A stretch of DNA of 64,000 bases from NCBI RefSeq assembly GCF_016432865.1, contig NC_067402.1, forward strand, positions 219,356,001-219,420,000, read 5' to 3'. Position numbers and translations under genes: made by a program. Positions 52,801 through 64,000 of the stretch are shown in pieces. Below the pieces are notes generated by a model, which saw only the letters and a program-made list of their open reading frames with translations, had not been told where the DNA came from and did not search any database. This DNA comes from Antechinus flavipes (taxonomy: Eukaryota). How positions within the stretch are numbered: the first letter of the stretch is position 1; each line of letters starts with the position of its first letter.

Positions 52801-55429
52801 TATACAAAGTAAACAAGATTGATTTGGTTTGGTTTTCCAGGAGTACATTCTTTCTAGGGAAAGAATGAGGAATGTTATCTCCCAGAGGAGATTAACTCTT
52901 GAGCAGAAATCTGAAGGAAGATGCTCTAAGTTCTAAGGTGTCAATGAGGAGGGAGGACATGCCAAACACAGGATGATAGTCTGTGCAAAGCATAGAGATG
53001 AGAAATTGAATGTCAGGTATGAAGGATAAGTAGACTAAATATTAACTCCTTAAATGAAGCTTTCCCCACTTTCTCCCAGTAGGAAATTATTTGTCTTCCA
53101 AACTCGGCATTTTGTAGCTGTTATGTAATGAAAACATTCAAATTTTAATTTCCTTAAAATACTCATATTCATCTCCCATAGAAGGTACTCAGGAAATATT
53201 AGATGAATATTGTTGAGTAATCAAGATTGGTTACAAACCCATGTCCTGTCTTTCTGGGAATAACTGGGTAAATTAGATTGAGGAACAGGATTTTATTAAC
53301 TCCCTCAAATTCTATGCCTGGAATTAAGACTGGTTTGGGAAATGATATGGCATACCAATGGCAGAAGTAAGGACTTTTTTTTTCTCCTATCAAAGGTCAA
53401 TGATCCTTGAAAAAGGTCAATAAGTTTCACTTATTCCTGGAAGTTAAAGCAGAGTCAAAATGGAAGCAATTCCACAACTATAATATGTAAAGGTTCTAAG
53501 TATAATAGAGTATCCTTTTTTTTTTAAAGAAAAACTTATTTTAACTGATTTGAATTTCAAAAGAAATAGGAAATCCATTATCACTCCAGAGATCTGCCTG
53601 AACATCTTTAGGGGTGGATAAAAACTACCTTCACTGCTCTGATTATGACAACAGTCAGAAAGAAAGTCTGTTGGCGTCTGATAAACAATGAACTTGGACT
53701 CAGCAATAAAAAGGAAGAAAAAGGATTCTATATGGGAATTTCTGCAATGCAACTGTACCTGTACTTATATTCTCCTTGTCATAGACTCTCAAAGATGGAA
53801 GCAATCTCAGAGGCCATCTGCATCCACCCATAGTTGAATGAAGTAATGATACAACAGGCAACAACACACAGAAAAGCAAGAGTTCAGAAGAATCAAAATT
53901 CCAAGTGACCTGAAAAGCACGGGGAAGATCTATGGAAAATATAAGTAGACTACAATGTCTAAAAGGAAAAAGCATCAAGGAGTATATTTTCAAAAATAGA
54001 GTAAGACCTGTCATGTAGCATAAAAAGAGAGGGATAAAAATGGACAGTGCCACACTAACACACCAGAGGAAAACTTTTGGTTTTCTTCACTCTCCTGGGA
54101 AAATGATCTATAAAGGGTATAGAAGGCTATAGAGGGAGAGGTCTTCTGGATCCACCATTAATGAAGATGCCCAAGTACTTGGATTCCAGGATCAAAGCTG
54201 CATACAATTAGGAAGAGAAGATGATCAGGAGGAAAAAGAGACGGAACAGAGATGGGAAGAACATAGAAGAATGAATACTAATAACAAAAATAGTAAAGTC
54301 AAGAAACTAATTTTTGAGAAAAGGTAAGTACTCTCTTTCCCCTCTCTCTCTCTCCCTCTCCCTTCCCAAATTTTAGAATTAGAAAAAAAGCAGCAACCAT
54401 CTTTAGTCGAACCTACATCCAACAGAAATCCCATGATATACATAGGTATAAGTAATCATCCAACCTGTGGTTGACATGTTCATTTTGATGTGCCTGTGGA
54501 ACATAACATAGAGAAAATGGTATCCTAAAGCCCAAAAGACAGATTTTGGAGACTGACATGCACAGAGTGTTGGGAACAAATAGAGTGCCACAGAAGAGAG
54601 AACATAGAGAAAAAAGAAAGTGTACAGAATACCTTGGAAAACTGCCACCTTAAGTTTTGAAAGATGATAAAGGAAAAGATGAACCTTATTTATTGATGTA
54701 TTGATGTTCTATAATTGTCTAGCTCTGTGATAGCAGCTCTATTCTGAGTCTTTTCTAATCTTAATTCATATTACTTCCCTCTTTATGTATAGGACCCAAA
54801 GTGATGGCCTAATGTCCTCAGTATATGCCTAATACTTTTTTACCTTTGTTTAAGTTCTCCATGCATAGAATTTCCCATCTGACCACTAATTTCTACTCAT
54901 TTTTTACAGTACAATTCAAATCCTACTTTGTGCAGGAAGCCTATTGTAATCTCCCAAACTCACCCAGAACTATTTGTACCTTTCATATTCATTACTTTAT
55001 TTTATACTTTATTATATTATCATATATATAATATATAGTACATTACTAAATTATTTTATATTATAATCATTTGTGTGTGCTATATTGTACACTCAAGAAT
55101 GAGGACTGTGTTATCCAAATTTTCTATCTCTGCTGGCATCTGCTAGAATGTTTTCAACCTTCTTCCTCTTATTTTGGAACCACTGAGAAGAACTCTATGC
55201 TAAGTGACAGTACCACTGTTCTGGAATAGAAAAACATGGCAGTCAAGTTGAACTAGGTCCTAATTTGCCAGTCACATCATTCTAGACTCCAGGGGAAAAA
55301 AATAAGGGGAATAGAAGTAAGAGACAGTAATAGATAAAGACTAACCACCACAGGCAGGGAGAAAAGATGGGATACTGTCTTTTAAATGCCCAAGTCACAA
55401 TCACTGCATTTCTGGTTGGAAATGACCCT

Positions 55430-56710
55430 TAAAAACAATTTGGAACTTTGCCCAAAAAGCTAAAAAATTGTGCATGCCCTTTGATCCATCAGTGTTACTA
55501 CCGGCTCTATATCCCAAAGAGATTACAAAAAAAAGAAAAAAAACATGCAAAAATGTTTGTAGTAGCCCTTTTTGTGTTGGCAAGGAATCTGGAAATTGAG
55601 TGGATGTCTATCAATTGTGGAATGGCTGAATAAATTATGGCATATGAATATAATGGAATATTATTACTCCATAAAACATGAGGAGCATGATTTCAGAAAA
55701 GCCTGGAAAGACTTCTTGAACCAATGCTGAATTAAGTGAGCAGAACCAAGATAACTTTGTACACAGTTAACAGCAACATTATGTGATAGTCAACTATGAT
55801 GGACTTGGCTCTTCTCAGCAATACAGTGATCCAAGACAATTCCAATAGACTTGAGATAGAAAATGCCATCCACATCCAAAGAGAGAACTATGAGACTGAA
55901 TGCAGATCAAAGCATACTATTTTCACCTTTTGTTTACTTTTTTTCTTGTAGTTTTTCCCTTTTGCTTTGATTTTTCTCTCACAACATGACTAATATGGAA
56001 ATATTTTAAATGATTGTACATGTAAGTAACTAGAATCAAGAGAACATTGTACTTAGCAACAAGATTATACAATGATCAATTCCGATGGCCATGGCTCTTT
56101 TCAATAGTAAGGTGATTCAGACCAGTTCCAATTTTCTTGTGATGGAGAGAGCCATCTGCACCCAGAGGGAGGACTGTGGGGACCGAGTGTGGAATACAAC
56201 ATAATATTTCTATTTTTGTTGTTATTAGTATTGCTTGCATTTTGTTCTTTTTCTCATTTTTTTCCTTTTTGACCTGATTTTTTGTATGCAGTATAATAAC
56301 TGTGGAAATACATATTTAATATCAATTTATTAATAATTAATTAAATAATTAATAGTGATTAATATTAATTTAATACATATTGGATTACTTGCCATGGGGG
56401 AGGAGAGAAGGGAGGAAGAAAAAAAATTTGGAATACAAGGTTTTGCAAGGGTAGATATTGAAAACTGTCTAGTCTATGCATATGTTTTGAAAATAAAAAC
56501 CTTTATTAAAAAAAAAAAAAAGAATAGTTAAAAAAAAATAAAGATTCTACATGTATAATCCACATCAGATTGTTTGCTGTCTTGGGGAGGGAAAGATAAG
56601 GGAGGGAGAAAAAATTTTGGGAACTCAAAATCTTACAAAAATGAATGTTGAAAACTATCTTTTCATGTAATTGGAAAAACAAAATACTACAGAAATTAAA
56701 AAAAAAAAAT
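55430..56710 (+). mobile_element. L1 ORF2 end and 3'UTR, interrupted by a nested L1 3' end (56025-56539)
   Basis: gaataaattatggcatatgaatataatggaatatt; nested copy flanked by aaatgattgtacatgta / aaagattctacatgta. Confidence 0.8.
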
Positions 56711-57021
56711 GGCCTTCAACTTCAAGGGAAAACTATTAGGATGGGCTAGAACTTGATCAGTCAAGTCAATTAAAGGAAGCTGAGTAGAGGAAGATTCCCA
56801 AGCAGGACAGAAAAGGAAGTCTTATAGGAACATTTTCTTAATTTGCTACTCCAGCAAGGACAAGATCTTAAGTGTCCCTTCTACATATCAAACATCCCAT
56901 CTGTGATTGTAACCCTCTAGGAACCTGTCACCCAGCAGTAGGTTTCAACTCCTTGGCAAGTTATTTCCCAAAGTCCAACCCAGTTTCAAAAGTTAACTGA
57001 ATTGTAGTCCAATCCAATCTG

Positions 57022-57207
57022 GTTTTTTGGGTTTTTGTGGGTGTGTGTGTGTTGTTTTTTTTTTTTTTTTTGGCTGAGGCAATTGGTATTAAGTGAGTTG
57101 CCCAAAGTCACATAGCTAATAGTGTTAAATGTCTGAGGCAAGATTTGAATTCAGAGCCTCCTGATTTCAGAGCTGGTGCTCTAGCTACTGTGCCACCTAG
57201 CTGACCC
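57022..57207 (-). mobile_element. WSINE1-like SINE with a tail turning into a (CA)n microsatellite
   Basis: Reverse complement GGGTCAGCTAGGTGGCACAGTAGCTAGAGC...; TSD tccaatctg at 57013 and 57208. Confidence 0.8.
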
Positions 57208-57559
57208 TCCAATCTGTTTTATAAAGTTAAGCTCTTGCCCCCCAAACTAATGCATTACTTATAATCAACTGATCCAAAATATCATCATCTAGGCCTTCCC
57301 CCTCTTGGTGTCTCTAAAGCCAGTCATTTAGAGAAGCAGCAATAGCATCTTCACAGAGATGACAGACTATTAAAGCTGGTAGGGAACCTGTCAATCATTG
57401 GACTCTAAATCTAAAGCTGGAAAGATCCTCAGGGTCAGCAAGTTCAATACCTTCACTTTATAGATAAGAAGAGTCAATGTCAAAGAAGACTAGTGACTTA
57501 GAGTCACACAGATTTTAAGTCTTAGTCATGGGATTTTGACTTCAACTTTGTGTTCAAAA

Positions 57560-57830
57560 TTTTTCTCCCTTTCTTCTCCTGCCCCCTAAAGCAGCAAGCA
57601 ATCCAAAACAGGTTAAACACATGCAATTCCTTTAAACACATTTCCACATTTATCAAGTTGCACAAGAAAAATCAGATCAAAAGGGGGAAAAAAAGGACAA
57701 AGGAAAAAAAAAACCAGCAAACACCACCACCACAAAGGTAAAAAAATACCATGTTGTGATCCACATTTAGTCTTCATAATCTTCTCTCTGGAAGCAGATA
57801 GCTCTTTTCTTCACAAGTCTATTGGAATTA
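57560..57830 (-). mobile_element. L1 3' fragment, same family as 35735
   Basis: cacaagaaaaatcagatcaaaa...atgttgtgatccacatt shared with 35895-35990. Confidence 0.65.
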
Positions 57831-59434
57831 CAGGGCTCTTTCTAATACATTAGATAATATAATATAATCTCTTCACTTCACAAATGAGAAAAGTAATAGA
57901 TACCAATTGACTTGTCTACATCACACAGGGACAGAGAAAAAAACTAAACTCAAGCAACTTTTAGATTTTTTTTTAACACCACAATCCTATTCCCTCAGAG
58001 AAACCAGACTTATTGAACTCTACAAAGAGTTCAAAGAATAAAAATAAAAATGAAGCATCAAATCCAACTTGGCACAGATCTGTCCTATGATAGAGCAAAT
58101 TAACAAAGATTAATTTTTCCTGTAAACTGTCCAACTTTATTATACAAAATAAGGAAGCATCTTGCTTGGGAGTCTGTCTATATAATATGAAATGGAAAGG
58201 TAGGGGTGGATGGGCATATTTAGAGGAGATGATATGGCCCTTATCTTTTAATCACTTATTAGTTTAAATATGATTTTTACCACTTCTACTCCTGTTTACA
58301 TTTCCCCAAAAACAAGCAGCATCTTTGTCTTCAAGGTGGTGCAAACCTTCCAATATTAATCTAGAAAGACTAGGGAGGGAAGAGCAGAATCAATTCTGCT
58401 CTCGTCACCACCCTATTTATTCCTCTCTTCTCTTCCAGGAAGGCTTAATGATGTGGATGGAATGGACTTTTCCTATAAGAAACCTCAATTTTATTGTCTA
58501 GTACCTCAGAAGCCCTTTGGAATAGAACCCCACCCCCTTTACCAGCCTGTGGGACATGACCCACAAGGCATTACAGTAATTCACATGGGCTAACTGTGCT
58601 TCCTGTTACCTGTTACTACAACCTATTATGTCCTAATCACACCAAATAAGTGGTCTTCTAAACTTCAGTATTAGGGTGACTATAATTGTAATCATTTTTT
58701 AAATGGAAAGAAAAAAACAAACCCAACAGGGTCTAGAACACTCACAAACATTCTCAGTTGCTACATGAATGCCAGAAAGTTCTGAATTATTATCCCACTA
58801 TGAAACCCTGAAGAGGTCTCAGGCAATAACTGTCATAGTAGAGCCAGAAAGGACTCAAAGAAAATTCTGGATAGAAATCACAACTTGGTTCAAGTATTAG
58901 TTACACACCTTCCTCACCTGGGCTGCCCTTTGATCAGCATTGGTCATGTCCTGATCTCATCTTTTCTCAGATCCTGGGGGAAGAAGTTGGGAGGAGTGGG
59001 TTGTGGCATATGAAGACTTTAATAAATGTTAAGCAAATGAATTATGGCCTCTGTCCTCCCATAGGGCTGCTCCATTTTCAACCTCTTTGAGACTCAGTTT
59101 CCTCATCTGCAAAAATGGAGATGACACTTATACAACCTACCTCAAAAGGTGGTTGTAAAGAAAGTTTTAACAAAACATTTTATAAAAGAGTTATATTATT
59201 ATTTTCAATCTATATCTGATTGCTTGCTGAGTATAGGAAATTGATCAAAACCTTTATTCTTCAGGCTACATTCACTGACCCCACCATTATGCTTGACCTT
59301 CTAAATATGTAAGTATAAGAGGAATTACAAAATTAAATTATTTTTGAGCCTCTCAGATGGAATTTTGTTCCATTATTTCTATGGAATCAAATTCTTCCCC
59401 AATTAGAAAGAAATATTCATTTAAATGCTCTTGA

Positions 59435-59850
59435 CAGAACTCATCTGGAATGCTGTGTTCAGTTTGGAACATCATAGTTTAAGGACAATCTGAAGATAAG
59501 CTGAAGAGTGTCCAAAGGCCAATTATGATGGTAAAGGACCTTGAGTCCATGACATGAAGATCAGTTGAAAGAACTAGGAAATATTTAGCTGGGAGAAGAG
59601 GTGGATCATGAGAGTTGAGTCTTTAAGTATTTTAAGGGCTATCATGTAGAAGAAGGACCATACTTGTTCCGATGACTTAAAAGGATGGAAATAGAGAACA
59701 ATATCTGAAAGTTACAGAGGCTTAATTTCAAGGAAAAAAATCTTTGTAACCATTATAATACGTCAAAGTGATAAGGTCTTCCTTGAGATATAGTATTTAC
59801 CCTTCAGAGGTATGAATAAGATGACTATCAAATGTATAAATCACACAAAT
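59435..59850 (+). mobile_element. CR1/L3 ORF2 3' fragment
   Basis: ctcatctggaatgctgtgttcagtttgg...agctgaagagtgtccaaagg...tttaagtattttaagggctatcatg, matching the HLEYCVQFW / KYLKG region. Confidence 0.7.
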
Positions 59851-60219
59851 CTGTTTGGATGAGAGAACCAAAAAAGAATTAAAAAAAAAAAGCCTAGAAC
59901 ACTGGGCCAGCTTTAATATAATGAAATTAATAGAGATAAATGTAAAATCCCTCTAACTGAGCAAATGTAGCAGTGAGGACAGCCATCTCAAAATAAAGTC
60001 ACCCAAGAATAAAGTCAAATTTCAGACACATACTAAAATATATAAATCTCAGCATGTGACTAATCTTTCTGGGCAAGTGTCTTTAGTTGCAAAGGACCTG
60101 ATCTACATTAATAAAGAGAATTTTCTCACTAGGTATTCCCTCTAAGAATGAAATCATGGGTTTTTAATTGTACAGAATGGGAAAGATATGACTACAGAAC
60201 AGTTCATATGAAAGAGATA

Positions 60220-60470
60220 TGGTTGTTTCAGAAGACTGCAAGTTTAATATGAGTCAACAGAGTGCAATGATAGCCAAAAAAAGCTATTGGAACCTTTATG
60301 TTTCTGGTAATGCAGCCTGTGTTCAAAGTAAAGGAAGTAATAATCCTGTTTACTTGGCCCCAGTTGGAACAAATCTTAAGTACTGGTTTAGGTCTTCATA
60401 AAACATTTTAGGAAGTTGAGGCAGACTAACCAGAATGGCAAGAAAACTAAATTTTCACTCAGTATAAGGG
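60220..60470 (+). mobile_element. CR1/L3 ORF2 fragment
   Basis: gactgcaagtttaatatgagtcaacagagtgcaatgatagccaaaaaaagct, matching KLNMSQQC..AKKAN. Confidence 0.65.
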
Positions 60471-63383
60471 AATACTTTCTAAGATGTCTAAAAATGGACA
60501 TGATTGACTCTAAAAACAGTGTACTCTATATGACTAGAAGTACTTAAGTGAGATAGAAAAGTATATTTTATATGACAAAGTACTCAAGCTGAGGCTGGAT
60601 AACCATTTTTGAAGTATTATCATAGAAGACTTCTACTCATGTACAAATTAAACTTAAATGACCTCAGATGTACCTGCCAATTTGGGTTCTGTGGCTGCTT
60701 GAGTGGTAACCTGTGGGCTATCCACAAAAATGGAAACCTAAGGGAGGAAGTAAAGGAAAGACTTACCAACTATGAGATAAAATAGACAAACAAACAAACA
60801 AAGAAGAATGGCATATAAGAAACTTTGTCTATCTCACAATTTTGTATAGGGTTGATTCTGTGGATGAGAGAATGGGAATTCTAGAAAAGTAAGGAATTGG
60901 ACATTAAAAAAATGCTAACCAGAAGTTTCCTAATAACCAATGAAGCAAACAATTTACAAACCACTGGTCCATTACATGAAATACTTTCTTTTAAGCAAAA
61001 TGATTCAAGTAAATATCATTGAATCTATATAGAAATCAATTGTGGAGCCAGGAAGAGTCAAAGATATATTAAATCATTGATAAAACCAAAACATAGACCA
61101 AGGTATCCAAAACTTGAGTGAATCCATCTGTTGGGGTCCTAAAGCCCATATGGCATTCAGAGATTCCAAACTAAAAGATAAAAGGTTTTGGATTTCTCAC
61201 TGGAGAACAGATCCTTCCTAAGTACTATATTTTGTGGCCATTCCCACATTAGAGAGGCATTTGGGCAATTTCGTTGGGAAGAATGTCTTAAGTTGCAATC
61301 TGCAAAGCTATATTGATGGGAAAATTACACCTGGAGTATCAGGCAACAGGAACATTAGCAGAGAAGCTCCCTGCTTGAATAGTTGCAAAGGCAAAGTGAA
61401 CAAAATGTCTGCTCAATGAGGCAAGGTAAAGGGAAACATAACTGTGAAGATCAATGACTGAAGAGGGCCTACGACAGTCACACAAAAAAGGAAGATGGAT
61501 ATGGAATGGGTTAAGAGAAAGAAGTTAGGGGTCGACAATATATCTTTGGCTCCCCAGCATTCTAAGCAACAAGAATGAGATTGGGAGAGAACCGATGTAA
61601 TCTGAAGTGCTCTGCCATGTTTCCTTTTTCAGGGTAAAATAATGATAGGAGAGTATGATAATACAAGATAAACTAGAAATAGTAAAAAAAAAAAAAAAAT
61701 CTCAAAGATGGAAAAAATCAATATACACCCAACTTTCAACACTTCTAAACTAACTTCTCAGGAATTGACTTCTCAGGAGGTCAATAATACAGTTTGGGCT
61801 TTGCTAGGTAGGGATATTGGAAGTGAATAATTAACAGGGCCTCTTATCTCTGAGTACAACCTATCTGTCATCTCATCCAAACCCTACAGATGCTGTCACT
61901 GACCAATATCGCTTCCCAATAATAAAGTCCATTAGCAAACAGGTACCTATACAGTTAAACCAAGCTCCTGAGTAGAATTTTACTACTCTAAAGCCAAATA
62001 ATCTCCAGAACTTCATCCAAGTTTCTGGGAAAAAAATTTGTTTTGTCCAACTCCATCACTGGCTAGGAAAACCTAAAGTCCTACATTAGAAAATTTCATC
62101 TAACTGACTTGGTGAAGGCTCCAAGCATCTTTCTAAGATGATTAATTCAAACTTTTCCACTCTCTATTTCTCAGTAGGGAACACAGCACCAACATTATCT
62201 TATCATGCAGCTAGATGGGAATGAAGCTAACCATACTCTCCCAATACAAACTTTTTATCTTTCTTTCTCCCAAACGAAATCCTCAAGGAGTCAAAAAAAA
62301 GTAGGAAAGACTGGATATTCCACCCAGCTGTGCTTCATATGAGGTGGGGAGACATGAGTTTGAATTTGTTACCAAACAGAAAAAAAAATCCTATCATACC
62401 ACACTCTACTTCTGCTCTCTAATTCTGACACTAGCAAAACTCGCTGATAACCCTCTCTTCAACACAGGGGTCACTCAAATGGACAAGAAGAATAATTTCT
62501 TACTTTGTGGAACCCTTAGCCTCTCAAAAGATCCCAATTGTCTGTGTTAAATGATCCCAAAGTCTGTGTCAAGTTTCTCAACTCCTTTCCTATAGCTTAA
62601 ATAAAGCTTACTTCTTTCACCTTAACTCTTTCAACTTGCTCCAAATCTCCTTCAGCTAAACACCTTAAATCATCCCACCCTGTCATCCCCTTTTGGGATC
62701 TTCTCCACTTAAGCTTAGCTCCACTATCACCCACTTTATGAGGATAAGGATCCCTCATGGATCCTACCAATTCATCCTTATTTCTGCCCACAAAGCGACT
62801 TGCCCCCATAGCTCCCTCATCTCTTTGCTGCAGCCCATTAGGGCTATCTGTCAGGTGTAGCCCCTCCACCACCCATCATCCCCACCCTATCTTGGTGCCT
62901 ACAAATGAACTTATTTCATTCACTCCTCCTACCCTCCTTTCCTCCAGGGCTGAGATCTAGTTCCCCTTCTTTGTCATCCCCAAGTAAGCCAACCCCTGCG
63001 CCAAGCAAGCCCCTTTAGCTTGCCAGGCCCAGCCCCCCTGTACCCCTTATCTCCATAATGCGCTAGGCCCACCCTATCATATCCCACCCCAACTAGTGTC
63101 AGGCCTAGCTGGATCTAGTCATCCTCCCACTCCACCTTCTTACCTTTTCCAATACTCCAAACCCCTACCCACCAACTTCACTCTCTCTTTGCTCCGGTCC
63201 CCCGACTCAGGAGCTCCCCGTTAGGCCTGCCCAGCCCTGCCCCCTTCATCCCCAGTCCCTCCCTGGTCCGGGAGGGCGCCGAAGCCCGGTCCCCTTACCA
63301 CCCGCAAAGCAGGGCCTCTCTCCTCCCCAGTTCACCGGAGCCTCCTATCGCCCCAGCCCTTTTGGCTCCACCAGCTCCAGTAC

Positions 63384-63520
63384 CTAAGCCTCAGTCTACC
63401 CAATCGGGCCCGAGCCTGTGTCGAACAAACAGCTGCAAGTCAACCAAACCCTTCTTCTCCTCCTCCACCTCCTCCTTCTCTTCACCCTGGGGCGGCGGCC
63501 TCGACCAATAGCAGCTTCCT
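63384..63520 (-). other. RAB5B: RAB5B non-coding exon 1 (TSS approximate)
   Basis: TTAG|GTACTG donor at 63383 in a CpG island with GGA-rich leader. Confidence 0.6.
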
Positions 63521-63880
63521 CCACTCGCCGCTGGAGGTGGAGCTTACGTCAATACATTCGCCAATCGTCTTTGGGAAGGTGGGTTCTTCCGGCATTGTCG
63601 CTAACGAATACGAAAGGGAGCCCTGACGGACGAAGCACGCAACCAATAGACAACGAAGCTCCATGTAAATGAGCAACCATTAAAGAGTCTAGTTTCCGAG
63701 TAGGAGGCGGTGCGTTATTAACGGACGTCTGAAGCGACCAATGAAATCTCGACACCCAATGAACCCCCCCACCTCCTTCTTTCGACTCATAAACATCTAA
63801 TCAGGTGAGGAAAACGGGGAGGATCGTGGAAGAGATCTGACCAATCGTGTCACGATCTTGAGCTTGATTGGCAAATGAGG
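63400..63880. promoter_or_regulatory. RAB5B CpG-island promoter with a CCAAT-box cluster
   Basis: CCAAT at 63400, 63505, 63561, 63643, 63738, 63756, 63841; ATTGG at 63867; TTACGTCA 63544-63551; CTTCCGG 63586-63592. Confidence 0.7.
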
Positions 63881-64000
63881 CGGGACAAAAAGGAAGCCTT
63901 TTGCTAACCTTCTACCACCGAGTTTGGGGTTGATACCGGGTTGTACCTCCCCTGAGGAATTCGCAGATCAACCCTAAATATTTATTAGGTGGATACTTTC

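Noticed and set aside
53440-54340. Possible old LINE or retro-pseudogene
   Set aside because: Only a short MIR3-like piece near 53780-53850 is recognisable; I could not obtain a convincing protein motif from the rest.

Overview
Eukaryotic (mammalian) genomic DNA, most likely a marsupial and plausibly a dasyurid (inferred from WSINE1-like and MAR1-like CORE-SINEs and marsupial-type L1 3' ends). It is syntenic with human 12q13.2. Four intron-containing genes lie in tandem on the minus strand. RPS26: exons 1-2; the rest lies beyond the left edge. IKZF4/Eos: complete, 539 aa from the MDIENC start. SUOX: complete, 548 aa. RAB5B: complete, 215 aa, promoter at the right edge. All exon boundaries were reconstructed by hand from GT-AG sites and reading phase. 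Introns carry SINEs, L1, L2 and CR1 fragments, a hAT MITE, a 7SL retrocopy, a solo LTR, and a truncated class I ERV capped by an inverted LTR fragment. I found no wholly new biological system. The best leads are at IKZF4: (i) the eutherian-type N-terminal exons (MHTPP... plus a 94-nt exon) are present only as frameshifted or unspliceable sequence; (ii) an overlapping in-frame first exon (MTAVP...) carries a tandem STAT GAS palindrome; (iii) the CtBP-binding PEDLA motif reads HEDLA; (iv) the 3'UTR has seed sites for all four miR-17~92 families. Human and mouse sequences used for comparison are recalled, not searched, and need confirming by alignment.
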